Below are positions 13,810-26,370 of a stretch of 64,000 nucleotides of DNA, one piece after another (the stretch's first letter is position 1; every line of letters starts with the position of its first letter). Origin of the DNA: Schmidtea polychroa (lineage: Eukaryota); contig CM097885.1 in NCBI GenBank assembly GCA_044892525.1, positions 49,416,001 to 49,480,000 on the forward strand, read 5' to 3'. Under the pieces are notes generated by a model. It saw only the letters and a program-made list of their open reading frames with translations, was not told the DNA's origin and searched no databases. Both the position numbers and the translations under genes were made by a program.

Positions 13810-15170
13810 GAATATTCCCGTGAAAACGACATTATCCACTGGAGGACCCTGAAATCGAACTAATCACGTGTTTCTTTTGCTTGTGCGTTTTTCTTATTCT
13901 TGTATAGTTGTTGTGTCAATCATCGATGTTTTCTGTATATCTATGCTAAAAATAAACAATTTGCGTTCGGATATCTTTTCTTTAATAAGGCATTCGACAT
14001 GAAGTTAATAAATAGCATTAACAGTTGCTGGGAGTCGAGGAGTATTAATCAGTATGCCATCCGAACTAAGGGTGTTGCGATGAGGTGATGAACTGAGTAG
14101 ACGTAAGCCCTTCTATCGGCAGTCAGAGGTAGGAAGTCGAGGCCTCAGTAAGGAGTAGTCTTAAGGTAGGGGCTCACCTGCTTACTGGTGTCTCGCCGGC
14201 ATAGCACAGTTCCAACGTGAAGCAATTCACGGGTGCTATGTTGGAGTATAGGTTATGTACGGGCCCTGCTCGGGGTTGGCAAAATGATGACGAATTTAAA
14301 TTGAAATGGGCATTCATCTCCTAGGTTAAAAGTCGAGCTAAAGGTGGTCAACCGAGTAGTGCCCTAGCAGTAGAAAAACAATGATAAATAAACTAAAAAC
14401 AAATAAAACATTGAGACAGCTCTCTCGACCTGAAGTCAATGATTCCAAGTGTAGGATCATTATAAATAAAATGAAATCGAATTAATGATGAAAATTAACA
14501 ACAATTATAAAAATCCGTATCTTTGTAAATTAAATAACAAGCAACAAAGAAAATTAGCCCAATCGCAACGATTCGACAGAAAACATTTTGTTGTGTTGCA
14601 ATAAAACTAATTCATTTTAATCCCAGTTTATTCTCAACACATGCTAATGAACATATTTCATGGATATTATATAAAGTTGTGGTTTTGGTTGAAGGTCGGT
14701 GCTCAATTTCATACATATCTATAACAACTCAGTGTCAAACAACCAACATCTTTACGATAAACACTCTTGTTTAATATTTAAATTTGAAAATAAAACAATA
14801 AATAACCAACACGGATTAAAAAAAGGATTAAATATTTTATTATCCAAAGAAATTTAGTATTCAAAAACATTGATTAGATTCAAAAATTTTAAATGGTTAA
14901 TTTAGTTTAACTTGAACCTCAATTTAGTCTTGAAAAGTTAAAACTTAAGAATATACAATAAAGATTTAAAAAAATTTAAATAACTACCGAAAAGTTTAAA
15001 TCAAATCGACAATCTAATTTTGTAATTAAATAGGCAAAGCAGTTTATCAATTAGTTCTTTTTACTGAAGGAAAAATAATGCCAAACAATATCATTTTTTC
15101 AAATTTTTATTTCAATAAATTGAATGACAAATTTAAATATTTAATATAGTTGTTTTAATAATATGTTGAA

Positions 15171-15383
15171 ATGGCGAAATATTATTGTGATTATTGTGAT
15201 ATCTATCTAAATTCTAATTCATGGAATTGTAGAAAACTTCATAATAATAGCGATATTCATATTAAAAATGTTAAATTGTATTATGCAAGGTGGTTGATTT
15301 CGACTTCTTTAAATGCAGCTTCCATTGCGTCGCAGAATTGTAATTTTTTTTCGAATTTCTTTCCTTTTCAGAATAACAGTTAA
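15171..15383 (+). CDS. Divergent U1-C-like matrin-type zinc-finger protein (70 aa)
   Basis: MAKYYCDYCDIYL..RKLH.....H..NVK.YYARW aligns with the U1-C N-terminus; C6, C9, H24 and H30 are retained. Confidence 0.7.
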   Translation: MAKYYCDYCDIYLNSNSWNCRKLHNNSDIHIKNVKLYYARWLISTSLNAASIASQNCNFFSNFFPFQNNS

Positions 15384-16135
15384 TGATAATTGGATAAATC
15401 AATAAGATTGCAGAGGAAAGTATTAATTTTATGTGGCTCTATGGTTAGAAGAGTTCGAAGATTGAGTGAAATTTAATATAATTTAAAATAAATGTGAATT
15501 GATCCTTATTTGTTAAATCTACATTTAATTTTTTTAATTAATAATTGGTGTTCTTTAAATAATTGAGTGAACGATTATCAGATTCTTTGAACAAATTTTA
15601 TGATATTTAGTTATTAATTAATTTATGCGTTAGAATTTATTTTTTCTATGATATTGTAAAAGATCTGATAAATATAATTTTAGTAGTTTATATGTAGATT
15701 TTTGACTTGAATCAGTACTGCCTAAACTTTGCCTTTTCCCTCAACTAGTAACATAATGTTCATTTTAGCATATTATATCGTTAAAGTTATCTAAATGTAT
15801 AAGACTGAAATCAAAATGTATGTATTAACCTTATTTAAAAAGATTCGATACCCTATTCGTCTCGTGGATGGGGAGGAAGGAAATTACAGTTAACTACAAT
15901 GACATTTTAAATTAAAAATTGAAAACTTGACTTAACTAAATTATTTTTAAAAACTGTTTTTACTATTGGGTTGTTAAAATATATTTTGCAATCTCTTAGT
16001 TAATTTCGTAAATTCTTAATTAATGTTTATCGGTCACAAATAATGAAGCAATGGGAAACGTAAAAGGCGGTAAAAAGGTCTGCTAATGACAGTTAATCTG
16101 AAATTGATATTGCAAAACTGTACTCATACTGCAGT

Positions 16136-17108
16136 TTGTATAATATTAGTTGTGTAATTAATATTTCCGCGGAGCCCAGCCTAATCAACAAAGTTAGTTT
16201 GTTTTACTTGAGCAATGCAAATCAGCAAATAGAAGATATGAAGAAGAGTATAAACGTCTTAGCCATTGAACTTGTGGAATTATGGAAATGGTTCAGCTTT
16301 CCAGCATTAGCACGATCCACAATAGTAAAGAAGCTTGAGGCATTAGTTGATAAAAGGGACAAAAGTCTGAAAAGTACGTTAAAGAATTGTGATTTCTCCG
16401 TTATTTTTAACAGTTTGCTGCAACATCTGCAATGATGGCATGTTCTGTGTCCGAATGTGCTAGTTCTAATAAATATGAGGCTTTGGACATTTCATCCGAA
16501 TGTGATAGCCCTTTGAGAAATAAGAGGACATATAACGATACAAAAGCGGCTGTAGATATTGTTGCCATTACACAAGTACCCGTCAGAAAGCGGTAGGTCT
16601 TTTTAAAACTTAAAAAAAAGTCAACAATAAACATACCATTGCCATCAGTTTCCGGAGTTTACAGGAAACTATCAATGCCGCTGACAAACTAAAAAACAAT
16701 ATCAACAGAAGTTACAAAAGGAAGAGGGAACCTCCATTTTGATGTCAAGCACATCACGGATAAGGATGATGGGAAAAGAGTTGAGCATTAGGTGATATTG
16801 ATAAAAAATGAAGACCGAAAAGTCCATATAGGTGTCTTTATTTTATCAATTTGACAAGCTGAACCAATTTTTGACGGAATTATGAATGTTATTAATGAGT
16901 TTAATCTATGCATTCAATTAAAATGATTGTAGCAGACACAACTGCTGTCAACGCTGGTAAGAAAACCGGTGTCAGACTTCAAAGAGCTGCAAATTCTGAC
17001 GGGTTTGAAGAACTCGTGTTTATTGGATGCCAACAACACATACTTGATACCGTTTTGAAACATGAACTCAGTGATACACCAAACACCACTGAGATACGTT
17101 CTCTATAG
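16136..17108 (+). pseudogene. Fragmented DDE transposase, probably hAT superfamily
   Basis: The fragment IVADTTAVNAGKKTGV...FIGCQQHILD contains a catalytic-Asp region followed by CxxH. Multiple stops and frameshifts. Confidence 0.5.
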
Positions 17109-18426
17109 TGGTGGTTGGCGTGTAAAATCACTCACCAATTTATTTATCATCATCATCAGCAAATCAAGCAACAATTTATCATGTACTGAATTATGTTTTT
17201 TTAATCAATGTTTTTAAAATCAATTATGTTTTTTGGAAATTTATTTTAGCAATTTTACAAATGGCTTACAAGTAATTTTTTTTATTTAAAGTAAATTTTA
17301 AGACTTGAATTCTGATCTATATGAGATCATTATTCAAGTTCTTAAATATTACTTTTAATCAACAATATAATTATAAATTATTTTTAATTAATTTTCAGGC
17401 TTTTTTAGGAATTTTATGTCTTTTATTAAAGTATTTTTGGAATTATTTCGAAAAAATGTGAGTCCGATATATTTTTAATTATAATTAATTAAATAAATCA
17501 ATCAATGTATTTTTTTAAAACATTTTGGGAAAAATCGCTGATTAGAATAATTTTTTTAATTTTTGTAATTTTTTTCTGAGCTCAATATGAGGGGATTCTT
17601 AAAAGAAATCAAATCTGGAGTAAAAAGATTTTGAACCAAATTCATCTGCTCTTGATATTTTCATTAAAAATATAATTTTAAAAATTTTCAACGATCTTTT
17701 TTTTTCTAAAAATTGTCTAAAATAGAATTATTATAGAAACGTATCTCATCGTTACAATTTTACGAATCAAAAGTTTGTATGTGTTTTTTATTATGTGTTG
17801 TGTTTGTGTGCAGTTTTTAATTTTCCTTCCACTTTTCAGATTTCTATAATATAAGATGTATCTCATTGAGCTATAAATGAGAACATCAACGTAAAATCAA
17901 AGTAAGTATGTATGTTTCTATAATGTAAGATTATTGATTTTGTTAACGAATAAATAAATTAAATAAATAAATTCGTTATTTAGGTATTCTCAACAAGACT
18001 AAATTATTAATTTTTCGGAGATTCTATTGTATCGAATTGCAGCCATGATGGATTTCATGATGAAAATATGCTAAAATATTTTACACTAAAGTATTTTGGT
18101 AAAAAGTTATACAATTTGTCCCGTCTGTGATAAGAGTGTTTCTAAACCATTCCCGACTTTTTAATCAAAATAACGGCATGCATTTAACGCATTTTAAACT
18201 AATAAAAAATCTATTTTATTAAAAATTTTAAATAAATTGACTACAGAAGTAAATGTAGTTCTATATAAAAAGCGAAAAATTGTAGAAGAAAACACAAGTT
18301 GGTGTGGAAAAGAAAATCAAGTTGGACGTCATATAATTGAAGAAATTAACGGGGATATTGACAAAAATCCGATATTAGAAAAGATTGATGAAGAAAATTA
18401 TGAAAATTTTACGATTATTGATGAAA

Positions 18427-18630
18427 TTTAAAACAATAAAATGAAAATTTAAGCCTTTTGCTGCAAATAATGTATTTAATGAAAAAAAATTCGACTATAA
18501 GATAGTTCTATAAGATAGATTGACAAGGACTATCTTATAGTCGAAAACCTTTTCATTAAATACATTATTCGCAGCAAATTATCATTTAAATTATCATTAT
18601 CATTTTAAATTATCATTTTATTGTTTTAAA
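18427..18630. repeat. Fold-back inverted repeat
   Basis: Core arms of about 50 bp (TTTGCTGCAAATAATGTATTTAATGAAAA..TTCGACTATAAGATAGT) at 18457-18506 and 18529-18578, plus outer arms TTTAAAACAATAAAATGA. Confidence 0.85.
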
Positions 18631-18839
18631 TAATAAATGCTGCTACCAAGAAATCATCATTTTATACTATTGATGAAATTGACTTGAGAAATATTGATGA
18701 ACCGGAAATTGAAAAGGATTTGTATAAATTGTATCAAATAATAAAGCTAGATACAAACAAATTAAATATCATAGAAATAATTCTTAGAAATAATTCTCTT
18801 ATGCAAAAACTTCAAAATATTATTTATAAGATAGGACAG

Positions 18840-21745
18840 TGAAAAATTCAATTTGGTGTCAATTTTGAATATGAAAAAGATGGAGAATACAAAACAACGA
18901 GAATCTCAAATCAAGCTGATAGTTTAATAGATGACGGGACTAAAATTTTAAACGATAAAATGTATATGCGTTCTGAATTAGGATTTTCCTGGAAGATCAA
19001 CCGTATTGTAGAAGTAAACTTTAAAATCACGGAAATAAGTGAAATAGCACGATTTTCTGGGCATAGTTAAATTCCCACTCCACCATCTATATCATCAAAA
19101 AAAGCCATTGTAAATGTGAGAAACTCATACAATTTATGCTTTATCTATAGCGTGCTTTTGATTTTAAGATATGATGAATTGGGTCAAAATAGATAAAGAT
19201 TATGTAAATATATTCTAGCTTCCTCAATGAAAATGATTTAACAATGCGACTCTGTGATATCAGAAAATTTGAGGCAAGAAATCCCGGAACTGTGTTTGGA
19301 TATAATCAGACTAATTTCGTTAATTATAATGAAGATGATTCGGTTTTCAAGCATCTACATCTGGACATAATTCATAAATCTAATGTAACTGGAGCTACCC
19401 CAATATATTTGTTAATGCAGTAGGATAGTGGCAGATTTCATAATGCCGAAGTGTGTAACAGCTAAAAGTTGATGAATTTACAAGTGATATACAATCCCAC
19501 AAGAATTCAATCGACATAGTGCAAAAATTGTTTGAACGGCTACAAAAAAAGAGAGATACATTCCAAAAGCATGAAATTCTTTGTTTGCTAAATCAGGATG
19601 GAACAACAATGTATACACTGCCGAGTGAAAAGAATTTATTTTATAATGATTACTCTAAAATAGTGACTCCTCCATTTGCTATTTACGGGGATTTTGAGTC
19701 TATGTTACCCGTCAAATACATTTGCCTATGGCAACAGGTGTATTATTATTATTTGGGTAAAGTTATCGGGTCAGATTGTGTATGTAAATTTTCAAACTTA
19801 ATTGAGACTATAGGTGAGAATATTGTCGTACCATACATCAAAAATAGTCAAAAGGGAGTTGTTTTCTTAAATACCACCCAAGAAGCTGAATTTTGACGAA
19901 GCCGAATATGTGATTTAGGTACTAAACGAATAAATGACAGACTCAGAGACCACGATCATTTCACGAGCAGATATTTAGGTCTAGTTGGCAGGAATTGCAA
20001 TTTGAGACGAAAAGTCAGGAAAATGCTGCCAATTGTATTCCATAACTTGAAAGGTTATGATTTACATCACATCCTGAAACATGGCCTTAATAAATTTCGC
20101 CATTAGAGTTAAAGCTGCATTCCAATAGGTAGTGAAAAATTCCTATCTCTAATTGTTTGGATAAAGGATTTATGTATCAGATTTAGGCAGACTCTTTTGA
20201 ACAGTTACGGGCCAAATCAATTCAGCACAATAATTTGGAACCACTTAATTTCATCGGAATCCCGGGCACGTCGGTTCTAATGAAATTATCAGAGAACATA
20301 GAGTTAGTTCAAGATATGGAAACATATAATTTTGACAAGGGCGGAATTTGAGACGGATTTAACTTTGTCAATAAACTTTATACTGAATAAAGAAGATATT
20401 GAACTCCTAAAATTAGATATAAATAGTATTATGTTTGGAGGTTCGGTATGCTCTTCTATTATATTCTATGATATATTTTAGTACTCAATTATATACTATA
20501 TGTGTGATATATAAACTATGTTGTGTTTGTGTTGGTGCGTGTGAGTATAGGAAGAAATCTGTAGAGCCCGATAGAGTCACCGTTAAAAATTTGGTGGGAC
20601 AATCGGGGTGCGTGTTGTGTAAGAATTTTTACAACGAAAAATTCGAATAAATTTACAACAATAATGATAGGAATCGCAATAAAAATATCAAATTAAATTA
20701 ATTAAATTAACCAATTAACGAATCGTATAACTAACTTTATTCAATTAAAATTCAAAAAATAAAAACCTTAAGAGTGGATTGAAAGTTTATTTTGTTTGCT
20801 TCAACGAGTCAACTCTTGCAAATTACTTTAGAAATTTTCTTCGTTACTTGAAGGGAATTTGAAACCTTTCTTTATTGCTAGAGAAGAAACTCTAGAGATT
20901 AGACCGATACAATTTAGTAAGTTTTTCCAAAGTTGCTGAGATATAATGGAGCAGTATATAACTGGGATATGATTGTTGAAATATGATAGAGATTTGATAT
21001 TTTGCTTTATGTTATTTAATTTATTGATTTATTTTTTTAATTGTCATCGATATTTGTATAGTACTTTTTTCCAAATTCCATTTCGACTTATACTCAATAA
21101 AATAACAAGGTATTACAAAATCTTGTTTAAAAATAAATAAAATATATAACTGTACATTACAAATAGTTTAAAATGCTAGGCCCTCAGCCAAAAATTACCA
21201 TATTGTGATTCGATGTGTGTGACTGATGATGAGGAATTAGTGTTATCTTAATGTAAAACATGTGATATTTCAGAGTTAGATTATGAATATAAGGTAGAGG
21301 TTGTTCTGTTTATTCCCGACGAATTACATGATTTTCTTGACGACTTCCCAGTTGTAGCTCAGAAAAAATGTCCCTTTAAGTAGAGAAATTATTATTAACT
21401 CATGAGCAAAAATTTAATTATGTCATTCATTGGCAACGTCTAAAAATGTATCTAGAATTAGGAGTAAAAGTCACCAAAATTCATAGGGCAATCATATTTA
21501 AACAAGGCCCAATATTTAAAAAGTATGTGGAAACTACCATGGAACTGAGGGCTAAATCCACATATACCCTGGATAAAAACTACTACCAATAGTCTTTACG
21601 GAAAACGGTAAAATTTAAAAAAGCGAATGAATCTCCGGCTGTTTAACTTGAAAACTAAGTTGGTTACTTACACATCTAAACCCGAATTTCGTAAAAGAAT
21701 AAAAATAGCTGATGATTTAATTGCTATTATTTTAGACCAAGACGC
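18840..21745 (+). pseudogene. polB: Decayed Polinton protein-primed DNA polymerase B, interrupted by an insertion of about 750 bp (about 20428-21177)
   Basis: Fragments KKAIVNVRN..LCF.YSV, FAIYGDFES, RDHDHFT, FHNLKGYDLHH, LDINS / ALSQKLP and NSLYGK occur in order, collinear with the polB at 35-37 kb. Many stops. Confidence 0.85.
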
Positions 21746-21868
21746 AAGGGCAAACTGATTTAAATCGAATGCAACTTCAGAAATGTCACCTTTCAAACTA
21801 AAATTGAATAATAAATCTTTCACAATTTCCAAATTTTTAAATATGTGAACAATTGAACTTTAAATATT

Positions 21869-22543
21869 TTAGCAGATCAAGTTTATCAAAACATAATTCA
21901 TCAGCAAACGTGAATGTTTCTTCAACTTCGTCAACATACGATGATGATAATTTGATTTTGAGTTCAAAAAGATTAAAAATAAAAAAAGATATTCTTTTTC
22001 AGTAACATCATTTTTCAACTTACCACAAACCATTCGTTTGACATCTACAATAATTTCGAATATTATTGTAAACGGCTTAAAATCACTACTAATATTTAGT
22101 TCATCCTTGTAAAACATATGACAATGCGGATCGAACATTTGATAAAGAATATGATAAGTTTTATCAAAATTACTGATAACAAAGATACCACTACACGATT
22201 TCAGAACATTCCTTTTGAAATCAATCTTACATTGACTATAAAATGGAGATGTGTTGTACACAAATGTAAAATCTTGCAGTGCCACTTCTCAATTACCATA
22301 TAAACAAATGGGATTTTGGAGATTGGCCATAAATTTGCTGGCTTGATTGTTTGAATGAATTGTCTGGCAACTAATGCCATAGTATAATATTACATTTATT
22401 TTTGCATTTAAATAATTTTTCAATTCTAAATATTGTTTTTTGATTATCTTTCTATACAAATTCCTATTCAAAATTTTATCCTTAAAAAAGTTTAATGTAA
22501 TTTTAATCGTATCTTTACGGAGATAAAAAGAGTTGAAACTCAT
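21869..22543 (-). pseudogene. Two in-frame ORFs separated by one TGA; unknown protein with a faint myosin-head-like motif order
   Basis: 22289-22543 and 21869-22285 share a reading frame (YGN*EVA). Confidence 0.3.
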
Positions 22544-24272
22544 AGTAGTCTAATGTGTTCACATCTACATTTTACCTTTCTGTAAGAACTGGGAATGTAA
22601 CTATTAAATTTGGATCAAGTTTGTCGTGTTAAATTTTTATTAAACTTTCTTAATTTCATTGAATACAAAATATTATCTTTCTGATTTTCCTGAGATAAAT
22701 TACATAAAATTAACTGATAATGTTTTTCTAATTTTAGATAAACTAAATGCCCCTCAGAAAGACGAAAAGAATATTTATAAAAAAATTAAGACAAAAAATT
22801 CTTTTTATTAACGATTCAAATGTGATATCTAAGAAACCTGGTGTTAACCATCAGCATGTTCCCTTATTTTTGGCCGACCTAAATGTGATATGGCAATATC
22901 AAATGACCCATTTGGTGGAAGTAACGAGAAAAAATAGAGAATTTCGCTATAACGATTGATCCATGTTTCTCGATTCCCCCTCGTGGCATCTACTATTTTG
23001 GTTAGTTGTTGGATCTTGTCAGAGACGCTAAATCCCTAAATTGATAATTTAATAAAATACTTGTTGTTTTAATTTATTATTTTCTCGGACTCTTTAATTA
23101 AAAATTAATTGATAGCAATTATTACAAAATCATGAATCCGAACTTGTTGAAATGACAAAGAAACGATTCAACATTTAACTAGATATAATTTTTCGGAATG
23201 AGGAATTTCTTCAAATGTGTTGAGTTTTCAAATAAATAAATATCAAAGTCGACGTTTTCTGACGTGTTCTATAAAAACATTTAGACAAACAATACGCAAC
23301 GTATATTACTATTCAAATTCGTTTAATCTACAATTTACAAAACTCCGAATATCGTATTAAAATGCCTAATCTGATTATTCGATAAGCCTCGCCGTGACCT
23401 CTTTGGCTCTGCAAGTCCTACAATAATAATCAACTTCTTTCCCTAACCATTTGACTTAACTTGATCCTTATTTAGTATTTCTAGGTTTCAATTTCAACAA
23501 TTTTCCTTTTATTTACTCTCGTTTTGTTCGGTAAACTGAGGCAAAATGCCGATTATTTCGAAGTTTTATATAGTTAAAAGTAATCACATTAATCAATGGT
23601 GTTTTAACCAAGCCGCCTCTATTTGATATTCATTGCCTCACGGACTTTTCATTTTCTCATCGTTGAAGGAAAAATAATAAATTGTCCCATCGCGGGTCTC
23701 CTTTTGTAATAATCTTTTTCCGTTTTCCCATTACTCATGCTGTCACGATAATGGTTTTCTAAATTCGATTTTGTTTATTTATTTCGGGTTTCCTTTAATT
23801 AATTAACGATTTTCTGTTTTTATACATTTACTTGCATTCGACCCTTTTCGAACATAATATGATGAATCCATTCTCGTCATGATCTTATCAACATATCTAA
23901 TCCGTTTTTCAAATTTTAATTCGATGATTTCTTGATTTTCAATATAATAATTTTAATTCAATAATATTTGTAAGACTATAGATCAAAACAATATATAATG
24001 TACACGATATTTCGACATAGCCTTTATCAAATGTGTATTTCAATAGTTATATAAATTAAATTTTAAAAGTTAACTAGAATTATAAATTATATATTTTAAG
24101 GTGATTTTATTGGTTGAAATTTATTTTTAATATTATATTGGCCTGAACAATACCTGGAGTCGATTTTAACTCAAAGAAAAGTTTGTGCTAAGAATATAAT
24201 GATATTAAATATGCATATAGTTTTAAAAATCATTTTCTCATTCTTTAACCTCTTTAATTAATTAGAGTTTCA

Positions 24273-24630
24273 GGCGACGCTCTAGTATAGGGGGGCAATA
24301 TAAATATAAATAAAAATTAATTAATTGATTATAAAATATAAAATAATATATGTAATTTAATAAAATATAATTAATATACCCTTGCGACATGTTGAATGTG
24401 ACCAGTACCCTTATTACAAATACACATAGGGGACAAAATATTTTGTCGGATAAATTCAGACTATATATAAAAACTTACAATATGCTATAGTTTACAATTA
24501 CAATATGCTATGGGCGTTTTAAAATTAGTTGTTACTTGTCTAAATTTATTCTAATCAACTATTTTTAATTCTTTATTTTATAATCAATTAATTAATTTAT
24601 ATTGCCCCCCCCCTATACTAGAGCGTCGCC
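24273..24630. mobile_element. MITE with 8-bp TSD, Merlin-like termini
   Basis: TIRs GGCGACGCTCTAGTATAGGGGGGCAATATAAAT and exact TSD GAGTTTCA at 24265-24272 and 24631-24638. The GG start plus 8-bp TSD fits Merlin; the superfamily is inferred. Confidence 0.85.
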
Positions 24631-25986
24631 GAGTTTCAATTTATTACTTAGCTATATTTTATCTCTTATTAGTAATTTTCTCTTTGTCTCATTTTAAGCT
24701 TTCATTTATAACTTCCAGGTTGATTTCAAATAAAGGGGACATCCATATATTATGTGGGGGGGGGGGGGAGGTGAATGTTCCGATTGACTGATTTATGTAC
24801 AAGTGCACATGGGGTGTTCCAAAATTGCGTAATTATGCAAAAAACTAAAATAAGTGGAATGCTATGGATTTTTAGTTTTTTATCGATTAGGATCAAATTA
24901 AGTTCCGTTTTAGATATTATCTTGATGTTAACACGTCTTGAATGAACATATATACTAATATTTTCTGACAGTTTACGTAATTTGATGAGATTTATAATTT
25001 ACTTTCACTCAAGACTAATTTTTATACATTTTAATTTTTGGCACACCCATCAAAACGCATAAATTTTTAGTGAAACTACTAAAAGTCGTTGGTAGTTGGA
25101 TATTATTCCCTTCCCCCCTTTCCTTGTCAATGCGAATAAAAGCAATGAGTTATATAATATTTTTGACCAATGGGAAGTCGTTAAAAATTTTACCTATTTT
25201 AAATTCAGTTATTTAGTAAAAGAGGAAATATCCTAGAATATTTCTATGTGGCCAACCATCACATGTTACTGGCATTGATTGCATTATAAAAATTTACCAC
25301 CTTGCTCTCGAGAGATGAAATAGTCAAAACGGGCCTTGACTACTGGATATCAAATGGAATTCTTAATAAATTTTTAACAGCGAAAAACTACGTTCGACTT
25401 AAGCTACGATGTAATTTTATCGCAAGGCCTTATAAAACGGAAAACCGAGTTCTGGGAAGCGCACAAAACCCACCTCGCGCCAGCTCTGGTGATTTCTAAT
25501 GGATATTTAGATTCTTAAAGTCTTTTTAAACAATAATTGTTTTATTTCACCTTCTTTCCGAATCTGAGAAATGTTACTATAGAAGCCATGTTTCAAATAT
25601 AATGTATCGAACTTTGTTCTTTAACGCGTTTTTATTGAAATTGTCCAAACTTCATAAGTACTTGTATTCAATGGAAAAAACTGTAAAATTGTTATTAATT
25701 TTACAAGTCTTTAATTATTTTATTCGATGTCATTCAATATTTATTTTTAAATAATGCATTTTACGTTTGTAAATCATAAAAATTAAATTCATATTAATAA
25801 CAATTATTTAGTATTAACAAGCTTGAACTTGGAAAAATAATTCAAGTAAATTATCAATTATATGAATTATATAATATTTAGTTAAGATATATATATTTTT
25901 ATTTAATTAAATATCCCACCTATATTTACAAATGATTTAAGTTAAATCAAGTAAAATGGCTTTTATTATCTACAAAACATTCAAGT

Positions 25987-26370
25987 TTATATGAGATTTT
26001 GTGGTGGATGGACAACTGCAGTAGGTTGCAATGTCGGGTCCATAATTGAAACTTGATTAATGAAATTGGTCCCATTGATCAAAGCAGGTAAAGTTGTTTC
26101 CAACTTTTGAACTTGTTTTACATAAGTTGCTCCATTTACTTGAGAAGAATAAGGAACACTCATCATTGGAGCAACAGGGTTCATAAGCAATTGATGATTG
26201 AAGTTAGCCAATTCTTCATTAACCATCTTTTGGGCTTGCTCCTTTAACACCTTTAAATAATAATTTTGATAGTTCTCCCTGTGGAATTTACCTTCTAAGT
26301 GAGTTTTTCTCACGGATGGTGAATCGTGAGTTAAAAACATATCACAATAGTCACAATAATACTTAGGCAT
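25987..26370 (-). CDS. SNRPC: U1 snRNP protein C homolog (127 aa, intronless)
   Basis: MPKYYCDYCDMFLTHDSPSVRKTH..G..H.EN..YY...EQAQ is the U1-C signature, followed by a Pro/Met-containing tail. The true ATG is at 26370. Confidence 0.85.
   Translation of the reverse strand: MPKYYCDYCDMFLTHDSPSVRKTHLEGKFHRENYQNYYLKVLKEQAQKMVNEELANFNHQLLMNPVAPMMSVPYSSQVNGATYVKQVQKLETTLPALINGTNFINQVSIMDPTLQPTAVVHPPQNLI

Noticed and set aside
13255..13832. Antisense ORFs of 68 and 185 aa
   Set aside because: They are shadows of the GC-rich plus-strand ORF and have no motifs.
14040..14370. GC-rich stretch considered as a ribozyme or structured RNA
   Set aside because: I could not identify a hammerhead core (CTGANGA...GAAA with stems) or any other recognisable fold by eye.
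20428..21177. LTR plus primer-binding site (TGGTGGGACAATCGGGG near 20593) in the insertion within polB
   Set aside because: There is no second LTR, TSD or convincing tRNA match; it is left as an unclassified insertion.
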